The notes beneath the pieces are model-generated. The model was given only the letters and a program-made list of their open reading frames with translations. It ran no database searches and was not told the DNA's origin. From positions 18,983,387 to 19,047,386 of the forward strand of contig NC_057751.1 in assembly GCF_004010195.1 (NCBI RefSeq): a stretch of DNA of 64,000 nucleotides, in the 5' to 3' direction. A program made the translations under genes and the position numbers. The number at the start of each line of letters is the position of its first letter. The stretch's first letter is position 1. Positions 1-13,338 of the stretch are shown in pieces. Source of the DNA: Chiloscyllium plagiosum (lineage: Eukaryota).

Positions 1-181
1 TGGAGGCTGGTACAATTGCAACATTTAAGAGGCATTTGGATGGGTATATGAATAGGAAGGGTTTGGAGGGGTCTGGGCCGGGTGCTGGCAGGTGGGACTA
101 GATTGGGTTGGGATATCTGGTCGGCACGGACGGGTTGGACCGAAGAGTCTGTTTCCATGCTGTACATCTCTATGACTCTAT
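1..181 (+). mobile_element. CR1 (HER1-type) LINE 3' end
   Basis: Same 3' UTR as the copies at 2660-2830, 6890-7073 and 54440-54620; ends in the CTCTATGACTCTA tail. Confidence 0.85.
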
Positions 182-239
182 AAATGCTACAGTAAGTGTA
201 GAAAGGGAGGCAAAAGAAATGGGACAGTAACATTTTTGA

Positions 240-2830
240 TAAGAGATAGCATTACAGCTGTACAGAGGGAGGATATTTCTGGAAATACATCCAGGGAAGC
301 TATTTGGGTTGAACTGAGAAATAAGAAAGGTTTGATCACCTTATTGGGAGTGTATTTATAAACCCCCTAATAGTCAGAGGGAAGTTGAGAAACAGATTTG
401 TCAGGAGATCTCAGTTATCTAGAAAAATAATAGCATGGTTATGCCAGGGATTTTAACTTTCCAAACATAGACTGGGACTGCTATAGTGTTAAGGGTTCAG
501 ATGGAGAAGGATTCGTTAAGAAAATTTTCTATTTCAATATGTGGATGTACCTACTACAGAAGATGCAAAACCTGACTTACTCCTGGGAAATAAGGCAGGG
601 CAGGTGACTGAGGTGTCAGTGGGGGAGCATTTTGGGGCCAGCGACCATAATTCTATTAGATTTAAAATAGTGATGGAAAAGGATAGACCAGATTTCAAAG
701 TTCAAGTTCTAAATTGGAGGAATTTTAACAGTATTAGGCAAGAACTTTCAAAAGCTGATTGAGGGCAGATGTTCGCAGGTAAAGGGACGGCTGGAAAATG
801 GGAAGCCTTCAGAAATGAGATACCGAGAGTCCAAAGAGAGTAGATTCCTGTTAGGGTGAAAGGAAAGGCTGGTAGGTATAGGGAATGTTGGATGAATAAG
901 GAAATTGAGGTTTGGGTTAAGAAAAAGGAAGTATATGTCAGGTAGATAGATTGAATGAATCCTTAGAGTAAAAGGCAGTAGGAGTATACCTAAGAGAGAA
1001 ATCAGGAGGGCAAAAAGGGGACATGAGATAGCTTTGGCAAATACAGTTAAGGAGAATCCAAAGGGTTTTTACAAATACATGAAGGACAAAAGAGTAACTA
1101 GGGAGAGAATAGGGCCCCTCAAAGATCAGTAAGGCAGCCTTTGTGTGGAGCCACAGGAGATGGGGGAAGATACTAAACGAGTATTTTGCATCAGTGTTTA
1201 CTGTGGAAAATGACACGGAAGATACATAATGTAGGGAAATAGATAGTGACATCTCCAAAAATGCCCTTATTTCAGAGGAGGAAGTGCTGGATATCTTGAA
1301 ACATCCAAGTGGATAAATCCCCAGGAGCTGATCAGGTGTACCCTAGAATTCTTTGGGAAGCTCGGGAAGTAACCGCTGGGCCCCTTGGTGATGTATCTGT
1401 ATCATCGACACTCACCATTGAGCTGTCGGAAGACTGGAGGTAGGCTAATGTGGTACCACTGTATAAGGATGAGCCGGGGAATTATAAATCAGTGAGCCTG
1501 ACATCGGTGCTGGACAGGTTGTTGGAAGGAATCCTGAAGGACAGGATGTACACTTATTTGGAAAGGCAAGGACTGATTAGGGAGAGCCAACATGGCTTTG
1601 TGCGTGGGAAATCATGTCTCTCAAACCTGACTGAGTTTTCTGAAGAAGCAACAAAGAGGATTGATGAGGGCAGAATGGTGGATGTGATCTATATGGACCT
1701 CAGTAAGGCATTCAACAAGATTCCCCATAGGAGACTGGTTTACAAGATTAGATCTCATGGAATACAGGGAGAACGAGCCATTTGGATCAGAACTGGTGCA
1801 AAAGGAATGTGGTGGTGGTCGTGGTGAAGGAGGGTTGCTTTGCAAACTGGCCTGTGACCAGTGGAGTGTCATAAGGATCGGTGTTAGGTCCACTAATTTT
1901 TGTGATTTATGTAAGATGGTTTAGATGTGAGTATAAGAGGTGTAGTTAGTAAGTTTGCAGGTGACGTCAAAATTGGAGGTGTAGTGGACAGCGAAGAAGG
2001 TTTTCTCAGATTACAACAGAATCTTGATCAGATGGGCCAATGGGCTGAGAATTGGCAAATGGAGTTTAATTCAGATAAATGCAAGGTTTTTGGAAAGCAT
2101 ATCTGAGCAGGACTTATACACTTAATGGTAAGGTCCTAGGAAGTGTTGCTGAACAAAGAGACCTTGGAGTGCAGGTTCATAGCTCCTTGAGGGTGGAGTC
2201 GCAGGTTGATAAGATAGTGAAGGCAGCGTTTGGTATGGTCAGAGTATTACGTTCAGGAGTTGGGAGGTCATGTGGCAGCTGTACAGGACATTGGTTAGGC
2301 CACTTTTGGAATATCGCATGTAATTCTGGACTCCTTCCAATAGGAAGGATATTGTGAATCTTGAAAGGATTCAGAAAAGAGTTACAAGGATGTTGTCAGG
2401 GTTTGGAGGATTTGAACTAAAGGGAGTAGTTGAACAGGCTGGGGCTGTTTTCCCTGGAACACGGATGCTGAAGGGTGACCTTGTAGAGGTTTATGAAAAA
2501 TGAGTTGCATGGATAGGATAAATAGCCACGAGTCTCTTCCTGAGGGTGGGGGGAGTCCAGAACTAGAGGGCATAGGTTTAGGATGAGAGGGGAAAGATAT
2601 AAGAGACCTAAGGGGCAACGTTTTCATGCAGAGGGTGGTACATGTCTGGAATGAACTATCAAAGGGTGGAGGCTGGTACAATTGCAACATTTAAAAGGCA
2701 TTTGGATGGGTATATGAATAGGAAGGGTTTGGAGGGATATGGGCCGGGTGCTGGCAGGCGGGACTAGATTGGGTTGGGATATCTGGTCGGCATGGACGGG
2801 TTGGACTGAAAGAGTCTATTTGTTCCTCTA
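240..2830 (+). mobile_element. CR1 (HER1-type) LINE, 5'-truncated, decayed ORF2 (endonuclease + RT) and 3' UTR
   Basis: ORF fragments PDLLLGNKAGQV..SDHNSI (APE endonuclease), GNYKSVSLTS..QHGFVRGKSCLSNL..DLSKAFNKIPH (RT), RDLGVQVHSSL; multiple stops and frameshifts. Confidence 0.92.
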
Positions 2831-3232
2831 TGTCCAGCTGACTACTTGAGATTGAGGTCAGTGGGCACAAGTGAACTACCCCCTTTTTCTCAGTTCCATC
2901 CATACAGCATCACTGGATGATCCCTCATGAATATATTCTCAAAGTATAGAGATAATGTTTTCCCTAATCAAGAATACCACTCCCCCTCCTGTCTTGCCTC
3001 CCCTTCTATTCTTCCTGAACTCGGGAACACTAAGCTGCCAGTCCTCTCCCTGTTGGAGCCATATTGCTGTCATAGCTATGATACCCTAGCAGTCCCATGT
3101 TCGCAGCCACACCCAGAGTTCATCTCCCTTACTAGTCAGGCTTCATACATGGAAATGAATCTGCTATCACAATCCTGAAATTTCTAGGGATCCAGAACAC
3201 CACTTTGCCTGCTTACTGGTCTACAATTCATT

Positions 3233-3490
3233 GTGGATCCAGCTGGTCTGGAGGGAAGGTCTTTTGAGGAAAGGCTGAGAGACTTGGGTCTGTTCTCATT
3301 GGAAAGGCAGCGGCTCAGTGGGGATTTGATAGAGACATACAAGATGATCAGCGGAGTAGATAGGGTCGACTGTGAAAGTCTTTTTCGTAGGATGATGATG
3401 TCAGCTTGTATGAGGGAACATAACTACAAATTGAGCGGTGATAGATTTAAGACAGACGTCAGAGGCAGGTTCTTTACGCAGAGAGTGGTC
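3233..3490 (+). mobile_element. CR1 LINE ORF2 C-terminal fragment
   Basis: EERLRDLGLFSLERQRLSGDLIETYKM..FFTQRVV, typical CR1 ORF2 C-terminus. Confidence 0.85.
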
Positions 3491-5460
3491 TGTAATTGCC
3501 AGGGATTTCCCTATTTCCTTTCCTGGAGAGGAATTACATTTGCCTCCCTCCAGTCCTCAGGTACGATTCCAGCGGACAGCGAGGATGCAAAGATCTTTGC
3601 AAGCGGCGAAGCAATCACATTTCTCGTTTCCCAAAGTAGCCGAGGACAAATCTGGTCTGGCCCTGGCGACTTGTCAATCTTAATGTTTGTCAAAATTTTC
3701 AGCACATCAGCTTCCTCAATCTCTATCCGTTCCAGCATGCTTACCTGCTCCTCAATGATTTCATTCACAACAAGGTCCTTTTCTTTAGTAAAGACAGAAG
3801 CAAAAAACTCAGTTAGAGCTTCCCCTACCTCCTCAGACTCTATACACAAGTTCCCTGTGCTATCCCTGATCGGCCCTACTCTTTCTTTGATCATTCTCTT
3901 ATCCCTCACATACGTGTAAAATGCCTTTGGATTACCCCTAATCCTTCCTGCCAAGCCTTTTTCGTGCCCCCTCCTGGTTCTTCTCAGACCATTTTTGAGC
4001 TCCTTCCTCACCTGCCTGTAATCCTCTAGAGCTGAGCAAGACCCTTGCTTCCTCCACCTTACGTAAGCTGCCTTCTTTCTTTTGACGAGAAGCTCCTCCG
4101 CTCTCGACATCCAAGGTTCCTTCACCTTACCCGTTCTTGCCTGTCTCAGAGGAACACATTTGTGCATCACTCGCAACAACTGTTCCTTAAACAGTCTCCG
4201 CGTTTCTATAGTACCCTTTCCATGGAACAATTGCTCCCAGTCCATGCTTCCCAACTCACGTCTGATATTATCATACTTTCCTTTTCCCCAATTAAAGATC
4301 CTCGCATTGTGCCTGTTTCTCTCCTTCTCCATAGCTATGTAGAATGTGAGGCAGTTGTGGTCACTATCCCCAAAATGCTCTCCCACTGCAAGATCTGACA
4401 CCTGCCCCGGCTCATTGCCGAGCAGCAAATCCAAAATGGCCTCTCCCCTCGTCTGCCTGTCAACGTACTGAGTTAGGAAATCCTCCTGAACACACCTTAC
4501 AAAAACAGCTCCTTCCAAACCATCTGCTCGAAGGAGGTTCCAATCAATATTGGGAAAGTTAAAGTCACCCATTACAACAATCCTACTACATTCACACTTT
4601 TCCAAAATCTGCCGACCTATGCTTTCTTCAATCTCCCTGCTATTGGGGGGCCTGTAGTAAACCCCTAGTGAGGTGACTGCTCCCTTACTGATCCTAATTT
4701 CCACCCATACTGACTCAGTAGGCAGACCATCCTCGACAATGTCGCTGTGATACCCTCTCTGCTTAGCAGTGCTACACCCCCTCCTCTTTGTCCCCCCGCC
4801 TATTCTTTTTAAATATTCTAAACCCTGGAACATCCAGCAACCATTCCTGCTCCTGAGAAACCCACGTCTCTGTTACGGCTACAACATCATAGCACCAGGA
4901 ACTGATCCATGCTTTAAGCTCATCACTTCTATTCCTGATACTCCTTGCATTAAAGCAACACACTTTAACTGATCCCTTGGTTCTTTCCCAGGAAATTCCT
5001 TCCCGCTGGCTGCACTACCTCTTGCTGTTGCCTCATCTCCATCAACTCTCACCTCCGGTATATAGCTCAGGTTCCCACCTCCTGCCATACTAGTTTAAAC
5101 CCTCCTGAACGACTCAAGCAAACCTTCCACCCAGGACATTGGTCCCCTTCCAGTCCAGATGCAACCCATCCTTCTTGTACAGGTCCCACCTTCCCCAGAA
5201 GGCATTCCAATTATCTACATACCTGAAGCACTCCCTCCTACACCAGCTGCGCAGCCACCCGCTCCCTGTTCCTCGTCTCGCTATCTCGTGGCACCGGTAG
5301 TAAACCTGAGAACACTACTCAGTTCGTCCTGCTTTGCAGCTTCCACCCTAACTCCCTGAAATCACTTTTTATATCCGCGATCCTTTTCCTGGCTATATTA
5401 TTGGTGCCAATATGTAACACGATTTCTGGCTGTTCGCCCTCCCCCTTTCAGAATCTTATA
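3491..5460 (-). mobile_element. CR1 LINE: ORF1 3' part plus ORF2 endonuclease/linker
   Basis: CFNARSIRN..VAVTETW (4772-4963); 440-aa ORF 3511-4833 with GVYYRPPNS, GDFNFPNIDW, LDLLLGNEPG, SDHN, KSPGPD; ORF1 esterase-like DGLHLDWKGTNVLGGRF near 5110-5165. Confidence 0.9.
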
Positions 5461-5719
5461 CACCCTGAATCTTATTTCACCTTGTTAAACTGACATTACG
5501 ACATTGGAAGCATTCAGTATATTAAATGGCTGTACATAATGAATTCCTTTCCACCTTGTTAACCTTTGACCTTGCCTCCAACACCACATTGTCAACTGCA
5601 AGTTCATATCTGATCTGGGTCATGCTCAGCTGAACCTCTAGTTTCACAAAACTCAGAATTTAACTCTTTCTCTACCTGCTCATACCCGATACACATTCTC
5701 ATCTACATTTTGTAGTTTT

Positions 5720-7450
5720 TATAAATAACTTGGATGAAGAAGCAGAAGGACGGGTTAACATGTTTGCCGATGACACAAAGTTCAATGTTATTGTAGAGAG
5801 TGTCAAGGGCTATTTCAAGCTACAAGACATTGACAGGATGCAGATCTGGGCTGAGAAATGGCAGATGGCGTTCAACTTGGATAAATGGACAGTGATTCCT
5901 TAAGGAGAGTTGCATTTGAATGCCGAATACAGGATTAAAGACAGGATTACTGGCAGTGTGGAGGAACAGTGAGATCTTGGGGGTCCACATACATAGATCC
6001 CTCAAAGTAACCACCTAAGTTGCCTGGGTTGTTGAGAAGGTGTATGATGTTTTGGCTTTCATTAACAGGGGGATTGAGAGTGAGAACTGAGATTTTGCGG
6101 CAGCCCTATAAAAACCCTGGTTGGACCACATTTGTGCAATTCTGGTTGCCTCATTATCAGAAGGATGTGTTTGCTTTAGAGAGGGTGCAGAGGACATTTC
6201 CCACGATGCTGCCTGGATTGGAGGGGCTTTATTATAATTACAACAGGATCTTGACCAGATGGGCCAATGGGCAGAGAAGTGGCAGATGGAGTTTAATTCA
6301 GATAAATGCGAGGTGCTGCATTTTGGGAAAGCAAATCTTAGCAAGACTTATTCACTTAATGGTAAGGTCTGAGGGAGTGTTGCTGAACAAAGAGACCTTG
6401 GAGTGCAGGATCATAGCTTCTTGAAAGTGGACTCACAGGTAGATAAGATAGTGAAGGCGGCATTTGGTTGTGCTTTCCTTTATTGGTCAGAGTATTGAGT
6501 ACAGGAGTTGGGAGGTCATGTTGCAGCTGTACAGGACATTGGTTAGGCCGCTGTTGGAATATTGTGTGCAATTCTGGTCTCCTTCCTATCGGAAAGACGT
6601 TATGAAACTTGAAAGGGTTCAGAAAAGATTTACAAGCATGTTGCCAGGGTTGCAGGATATGAGCTATAGGGAAAGGCTGAACAGGCTGGGGCTGTTTTCC
6701 CTGGAGTGCCAGAGGCTGAGGGGTGACCTTATAGAGGTTTACAAAATTATGAGGGGCATGGATAGGATAAATAGATAAAGTCTTTCCCTGGGGTCGGGGA
6801 GTCCGGAACTAGAGGGGCATAGGTTTCGGCTGAGAGGGGCAACTTTTTCACACAGAGGGTGGTACGTGTATGGAATGAGCTGCCAGAGGATGTGGTGGAG
6901 GCTGGTACAATTGCAACATTTAAGAGGCATTTGGATGGGTATATGAATAGGAAGGGTTTGGAGGGATATGGGCCGGGTGCTGGCAGTTGGGACTAGATTG
7001 GGTTGAGATATCTGGTTGGCACGGACGGGTTGGACCGAAAGGTCTGTTTCCATGCTGTACGTCTCTGACTCTATAACTCAGAGGTGGAGAGAGCTTGGAG
7101 AGAAGGAAGGAAGAAAGAAAAAGAGGTGACTTGATAGAGATGTATAAGTCAATGAGAAGTGTAGAATAGATAGCCAGAGTTTTCCCCAGGGGAGAAATGG
7201 CTGTCACGAGGGGTCATAATTTTAAGATGATTGGAGGAAGGTATAGAGAAGATGTCAGAGGGAGATGCATGGAATACACTGCCAGCAGTGTTAGTTGAGT
7301 CAGTGACATTTGGGACATTGAAACGATTGCTGGACAAGCACATGAACGGCAGTAAATTGAGAGGTGTGTAAGATTAAGATTAAGATAAATGCTGGGCACC
7401 ACATTGTGGGCTGAAGGGCCTGTACTGTGCTGTACTGTTCTATGTTCTGT
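5720..7450 (+). mobile_element. Older CR1 RT/3' fragment interrupted by a younger HER1-type copy
   Basis: FADDTK motif at ~5763; host resumes at ~7074 and ends in TGTTCTATGTTCT tail. Confidence 0.8.
6233..7073 (+). mobile_element. CR1 (HER1-type) 3' portion nested in older CR1
   Basis: ORF 6464-6778 LYRTLVRPLLEYCVQFWSP..RLRGDLIEVYKIM; same 3' UTR and tail as 1-181. Confidence 0.9.
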
Positions 7451-7682
7451 TTCTTAATATCATGTGGAGTGAATTGAATTGGCTGAAGACTGCCAACTGG
7501 GAACAACTGTAGGATCATCCACCTGTCACACCATGGCTGTTATGAGACAGTAAAATACCGAAGCATTTCCCACAAGTTAATTATGTGTTATCACCTCATT
7601 GTTTATTTGAATTTGTTAATGTGCTGTTATGAATTGTAATGTTTGCATCTAACCCTCTCATTAATCATTTCATTCATTACAG

Positions 7683-7771
7683 TACCATAATCCGGGACCA
7701 CTTGTAAATGACATGGCTAAATGTTCAAATAGGGTAGAAGACCCATTTACCAAGAAATTAAACAGATGCAG
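7683..7771 (+). other. Candidate host exon (89 nt), product unknown
   Basis: Non-repeat sequence; branch-like CTAAC at 7649, TTCATTCATTACAG acceptor, CAG|GTAGGT donor; one open frame YHNPGPLVNDMAKCSNRVEDPFTKKLNRC. Confidence 0.25.
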
Positions 7772-8199
7772 GTAGGTGAGCAAAATCTCTTTTAAAAGTG
7801 AAGTTCCATTCTGAAAGAAAGGCCCGTGTCCTGAGCAAGAACCTGAGCTCTAACAGAAGAGGGAACAGAGCAATGCTCGAGTACCAAGGGGCAAGGGAGC
7901 AATGACTTCGAGGGCCTTTACAGTCACAGACTGAGAACCCCTCAACTGTGGAACAGTCCAATAGAAATCTGATATTGGGGACTGTAAGCCAATAGAAATG
8001 GTTACACAGGCCAGGGTCGTCCGAAGGAACAAGGTGACAATAGGGAGCAGGAAGCCAGCCCAAAGGGTGATTAAACAATTTTGTGAAGTGAGTACAAATA
8101 TAAACTTGCGAAGGATGTTAAATCAACTGTGATAGTTGCATAACATCATTAGGGAAAAGTGTACGGTCAGGATGCTGTGAAATTTTCAACACTATCACT

Positions 8200-9265
8200 G
8201 TGAGAATTTAGGAAATGGAGTCCTGACTTTGCATTAGTATTTACAGTAGAAAAGAGAACCGCAGACCAAATATTTCCAAGAATTAATATTGAATCAGGTA
8301 CGGGGCCTCAATAACTTTAAGATAGCAATAACAATGTAGAAATAATGCCATTGAAGATTACTGGTTGACATCATAACAAACGGTATACTACCGGTATTAC
8401 TGCTAAGGCAACTTTTACATTTCACATGAATGATTGGATGAAGGGACCGACGCATGGTTGGCAAATGTGCTGATCCAACAAAGTTAGGTAAGAATTACAT
8501 GTTCTGAAGAGGATAGTAGGAGGCTACTTGGTGAAGTGAGTGCGTAACAATTAGGCAAATGGAGTGCATTGCGAAAAAAAAATTAAAATTGATTGTCTTG
8601 GAAGGGAAAATAAGCTTATCTAAATGTTGAGAGATTGCAGAGGGATCTCTGTATCCTTGTGCATAAGTCACCACAAGGTTAATTTGCAGCTAATAATGTT
8701 TCTTATTTATTGCAAAGGGAAGAATACAAATACATTGGAAGCAGTTCAGACAAGATGCACTAGATTAAAAGAAGTTGATTAATATCTATAATCTTGTGCT
8801 CAAATGTTGGACAAGGTAGGTTTTTATCCATCCAAGAATAAGAACAGATGGTGACTTGATTAAAACACATACAGCCCTGTACAGGCCCCTCAGGACCTAT
8901 ACTCTCTTGTGGGAGAATATAGAACTGTGTCACGGTTTAATAAAACAAAGGGTGGTCCATTTCAAACAGATATGAGGAAAACTTTTTTTTTGTGGTGACT
9001 TATGCACAGAGATCCCTCTGCATCTCAAAGCTCTGCAATCTCTCAACATTTAGATAAGCTGATTTTGAGGGGAACCTCTCTTCCTCCAAAGAGATAGTCT
9101 TTGGATATTTTCAGGGCACAGATGGATAGATAGATAGATAGATAGATTCTTGGAAGCAAAGAGGTGATCAGTGGTCTGTTGTATAATCAAATCAGCCATG
9201 ATTTTATTGAATGACAGGGCAGGTTCAATGGGCCAAGTGGCTTTCTCCTCCTCATTTACATGTCT
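8200..9265 (+). mobile_element. Highly decayed CR1 LINE fragment
   Basis: Degenerate similarity to CR1 RT and 3' UTR; (GATA)n tract at 9120-9147. Confidence 0.55.
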
Positions 9266-9519
9266 GTGTTAAGGAAGGGGATTGCAGAATTTTGGCCCAG
9301 TGATGGTGAAGGAACAGTGGTAGAGTTCCAAGTCAAAATTGTGCTTGACCTGGAGTGATGGTGTTTACACACATCTGCTGTATATCCTCTAAATCTGCAC
9401 TGCTGTTAAAGGTCTCTGAGTTGCAGCAGTACATCTTGTTGATGGTGCACATTGCTGTCAGTGCTGAAGGTGTACAGGTTTGGGGTGGCAAAGCAGGGTG
9501 CATTGCTTGAACAGTGTAA

Positions 9520-9851
9520 AGATTAGATTAGATTAGATTACCTACAGTGTCGAAACAGGCTCTTCGGCCCAACCAGTCCACACCGACCCTCTGAAGAGTA
9601 ACCCACCCAGACCCATTTCCCTACATTTACCCCTGACTAATGCACCTAACGCTACAGGTAATTTAGCATGGCCAACCCACCCTAACCTGCATATTATTGG
9701 ACTGTGGGAGGAAACCAGAGCACCCAGAGGAAACCCACGCAAACACGGGGAGAGAATGTGCAAACTCCACACGGACAGTTGCCTGAGGCAGGAATTGAAC
9801 CCAGGTCTCTAGCGCTGTGGGACAGCAATGCCCCACACTGTGCCACCGTGC
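9520..9851 (-). mobile_element. HE1-type tRNA-derived V-SINE
   Basis: tRNA-like head with B-box GGTTCAATTCC, V-domain, (AATCT)n tail on minus strand. Confidence 0.9.
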
Positions 9852-10029
9852 ATTCATGAAGAAACTGCTGTTCAAGAGAGAAGAACAAGAACGCACGTCC
9901 CTGTGCACATGGGTAATCGTTCTCTCTTCCTCTAGGACCCAGAATAAAGATGAAGGATGTAAAACCATACTGTGTGAATATTTTGCTTTGACTGAGGGGA
10001 AGGGGGTGGGGGCAGAACGGGATGGCACA

Positions 10030-12520
10030 GAGGCCCAAGTACAGACACATTTGGGACGCCACTGGTCACCAACCTTCAGGCAGAATACTGTCCACCCACT
10101 ACCACTCGCTGTCTTCTTTCGGCGAGCCAATTCTATACTCAGACAGCCAAATTTCCCTGTATCCCATACCTCTTAACTATCTGAATGAGACAACTGTGAG
10201 AAAACTTATCTAATATCTTAATGAAATCCATATACACGACATCCACTGCTCGACCTTCATCAAATCGTCACTTCGCATTCCTCAAAACAAGTCAGTAAGG
10301 CTTGTAAGACATGACCTGCCCCTCTCAAAGTCATGCAGACTATCTTTTGATCAAACTCTCTCCCCAATTAGTCATAAATCCCCTCTCTCGGCATACTTTC
10401 CAGTACCTTGCTTGCCACAGCCTGACTAGTGATTTCCCTATTCCTTTTCTTGAACAGAGGAACAGCATTTGCCTGCCACCAAACCATCCGGTATGACTCC
10501 TGTGGAGAGTGAGGCTGCAAAGATAATCACCAGAGGTGTAGCGATCACATTCCTCACATCCTGTAATGACCTTGGATATATCTGATCCGGCCTTGGGGAC
10601 TTCTGTCTTGATGCTTCCTAAAAAATTCCAGCACATTCACTTTCTGAACATCAATCTATTCAAGGCTACTAACCTGGTCCATGGTGTTCTCACTCTCAAG
10701 GTCGCTCTCTCAAGTTAATACTGAAGCATAAAACTCATTTCGGGCTTGCCCTACCTCTTCAGACTCCAGGGACAAATTCTCTCCACTATGTCAGATCAGC
10801 CCTACCCTCTCGCTGATCATTCTCTTATTCCTCACATAAGTGTAGAACACATTTGGGTTTGCGCTAATCCTTCCTGCCAAGGCTTTTTTTGCACCCCCTC
10901 CCCCAGTCAATTTGAGTTCCTTCCTTGCTACCCAGTAATCCTTAAAAGGTGTGCCAGATCTTGCTTCCTCAACTTTACACAAACTTTCTTCTTCCTCTTG
11001 AGGATAAGTTCCTCTGCCCGTCATCCAAGGCTCCTTCACTTTACCATTCCTTGCCTGTCTCAGTGGGACAAAGTTTTCCAACATTCGCAATAAATGCTCC
11101 CTAAGCAACCTCCAACATTTGTTGTGCATTTCCCATTGAACAATTGTTCCCAATTTATACTCCACAGCTCCTATCTAATAGCAGTATAGTTTCCCCTCCC
11201 TCAATTAAATACCTTCCCACACTGTCTGTTCCTATCTCTCACCATGGCCATGGTAAAGGCTGTGGTCACTGTCACCGAACTGCTTTGCCACCGAGAGATT
11301 TGGCACCTGACCTGGCTCGTTGTCTAGAACGAAATTCAAAATGGCCTTCCCCCTAGTCGGCCTGTCGACAAATTGAGTCAGGAATCCTTCCTGGACACAG
11401 ACAAAAACCGGCTCTATACAGACCATCTGCACTAAGGAGGTTCCAATTAATACTGAGGAAGCTGAAGTCATCCAGACTCAGTAGCTGAACAACCTCCTCT
11501 TCTGTAGTTGTGATGCACTCTCTAGTTAACAATGCTACCTTTTTAATCCCCTCCCTGTTCTTTTTAAAAGATCCAAACCCCAGAACGTTCCCGCTCCTGT
11601 GAAATCCTATGTCTCCATTATGGGCACAACATCGTAATTCCAATACTGATCCGTGCTCGAAGTTCATTTCTCTTACTCTTGATACTCCTCGCATTGAAAC
11701 GTCCCTTTGCCCGACCAACTGTGTATCCTTCCTGAAAGACTCGCTAAATTCTATTTCTGCCCATTCAACAACTCCCCTCTCCTCTGACCTGTAGGTCTGG
11801 CTTCCATCCAAACATTCTCCCAAAGTGCTCGAACAAATCTTCCACCTAGGACATTGGTACCCCTCCAGTTTAAGTACCCGTCCTTCATGTACAGGTCCCA
11901 CCTTCCCCAGAAGGTACCCGAATGATTTACCTATCTGATGCCCTCCCTCCTGCACTAACCCTGTAGCCATGTGTTTAGCTGCACTCACTCTCTGTTCCTT
12001 ACCTCACCAGCACATGGCACCGGTAGTAATCCTGAGATTACTACTCTGCTCGTCCTGCTTTTTAGCTTCCAACCTAATTCCCAGATCCTCATCCCTTTTC
12101 CGAGCTATGTCATTGATGCCAATAATGCACCACGACTCCTGAACGCTCACCCTTCCCCTTCAGAAATCTTGCCGACACGATCAGAGACATACCTTCGGGA
12201 GTCCCGCTCGTGACCACACAATCTCCTGTCCGTTCCTTTAACGATCAAGTCTCCTACAGGCTCAGTTTCAGACCTGGCCACTATGGCTTTCCCCAGGTCG
12301 ATCTTTTCCACCCCCCTCTTTCCGTTCCCAGACTGTAACCCATCTACCTTTTTCCTGCACCTGACTACCTCCCTGTAATACACCTCTATTACCCCCTCAG
12401 CCTCCCGAACAATCCAAATCCTGCTCCAGCTCCAGTTCCCTAATGTGGTTTCCGAGGAGCTGGAATTGGGTGCAGATGAAGTCAGCGGGGACACTAGTGG
12501 TGACCACTTACCTTCCATAC
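10030..12520 (-). mobile_element. Decayed CR1 LINE (ORF1 remnants, endonuclease, part of RT)
   Basis: VQEGFLTQFVDRPTRGKAILNFVLDNEPGQV..GDSDH; ISANPNVFYTYVRNKRM; same family as 3491-5460. Confidence 0.85.
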
Positions 12521-13270
12521 CCTGCAGGAGCTTGTAACGACTGAACATATTGGACACTGCAAAGGTTATGCACTCCAATGACATTCCAACAATACTATTG
12601 AAGACTTGTACTCCAGAACTTGCCATGACTCCAGTTCAGCTACAGCCACAACACTGGCAAATTCCCAACGACGTGGAACACCACTCAGGTATTTCCTGTT
12701 CACAAAAACAGGACTGATCTAATCCTACCAATTAACACTCCATCAGGACACACTTGATGACCACTCTCATTGCTTAATTATGAAGCGGCCTCAAATCAAA
12801 GCCCTCATCTACCCCATCCCTGTAACTGTGCATTGGAGTTTTACCCCATGGCTAATCTGCACATCCCTACACACTACAGGCAATAAGGCCAACCCATCTC
12901 ACCTGCATATCTTTGGACTGTCGGAGGGAAGTGGAGCACCCAGAGGAAGCCTACACAGAGATGGGAGAATGTCAAAATCCATGCAAAAGCTGGAATCGAA
13001 CCTGTGCTTCTAGTATGGAGATGCAGCAGCACTAACCAAACAGCATTAAGGGGTACCTGAATTTTGATTTAGCAACACTAAAGGAGCAGTTTCCAAAGCA
13101 GCAGTTGCTTATTAATAACATGCTCCAGATACTCAGTTTGAGTTCTGCCAAGGTCCTTTGATTTCTGATCTCATTACAAACTTCCTATAAGCAGACGCAA
13201 AAGAACTGATTTCCAGTGGTGAGGACAGAGTCCGAGATATCAAGGTTACATTGGACTGAAGCCCTAACAG
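12520..13270 (+). mobile_element. Old LINE RT fragments with a degenerate minus-strand SINE (~12790-13040)
   Basis: DIPTILLKTCTPELA-like RT N-terminal motif at ~12580-12625; degenerate HE1-like sequence. Confidence 0.45.
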
Positions 13271-13338
13271 AAGTGGAACAGAAAACAAGACAGTGCATTA
13301 CTGACCCTTCAGTCCTCGATGTTGCACCGACCTGTGAA

